In this document: positions 23,956 through 23,980 of the stretch, in pieces | Position numbering within the stretch: the stretch's first letter is position 1 | Layout of the letters: the number at the start of each line of letters is the position of its first letter | Source of the DNA: Allobaculum fili | GTDB lineage: Bacteria; Bacillota_I; Bacilli_A; Erysipelotrichales; Erysipelotrichaceae | Assembly: GCF_020969955.1 (NCBI RefSeq) | Contig: NZ_JAHDSX010000037.1 | Span: 1 to 23,980, forward strand | Direction: 5' to 3' | DNA: 23,980 bases | Position numbers and translations under genes: made by a program | The notes under the pieces: generated by a model | What the model saw: only the letters and a program-made list of their open reading frames with translations | Database searches by the model: none | Told to the model about the DNA's origin: nothing

Positions 23956-23980
23956 CACTTTTTTCTAAAAATCTATTGAC

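Overview
The window has two parts. Positions 1-14.45 kb look like ordinary chromosome of a Gram-positive (Bacillota-like) organism, judged from AGGAGG-type RBSs and lipobox lipoproteins. It encodes an HMA metal-binding protein plus a GNAT acetyltransferase, a DUF885-type lipoprotein, a large PEPCK/HprK-like P-loop protein, a BI-1/YccA membrane protein, a MATE exporter, and a lipoprotein-MBOAT-DHHW envelope O-acylation cluster. From about 14.46 kb to at least 23.86 kb lies the left arm of an integrated prophage-like element. It carries a large serine recombinase, an AT-rich immunity region with an XRE repressor and divergent promoters, a run of translationally coupled small early ORFs, and a replication module. 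That module comprises a PC4/YdbC-like protein, a Cas4-like DUF2800 nuclease, a DUF2815 SSB-like protein, a family A DNA polymerase and an AEP primase N-terminal domain. No rRNA, tRNA or CRISPR array was found, and I recognised no named defence system. The items most worth a second look are listed here. (1) A ~0.9 kb ORF-poor gap (4061-4980) has interlocked divergent near-consensus promoters and could encode a long non-coding transcript. (2) The integrase ORF reads through two intrinsic-terminator hairpins at the host junction. (3) The primase gene is cut off at about 23.86 kb, where composition changes abruptly and tandem terminators follow. (4) A 20-bp-arm palindromic terminator encodes the same KEKEEA C-terminus for two convergent genes in the immunity region, one of them possibly leaderless. 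(5) Two SD-preceded micro-ORFs are missing from the supplied track. (6) GATC and GGATCC are strongly enriched across both host and element. All functional calls come from motif recognition by eye; no searches were run.
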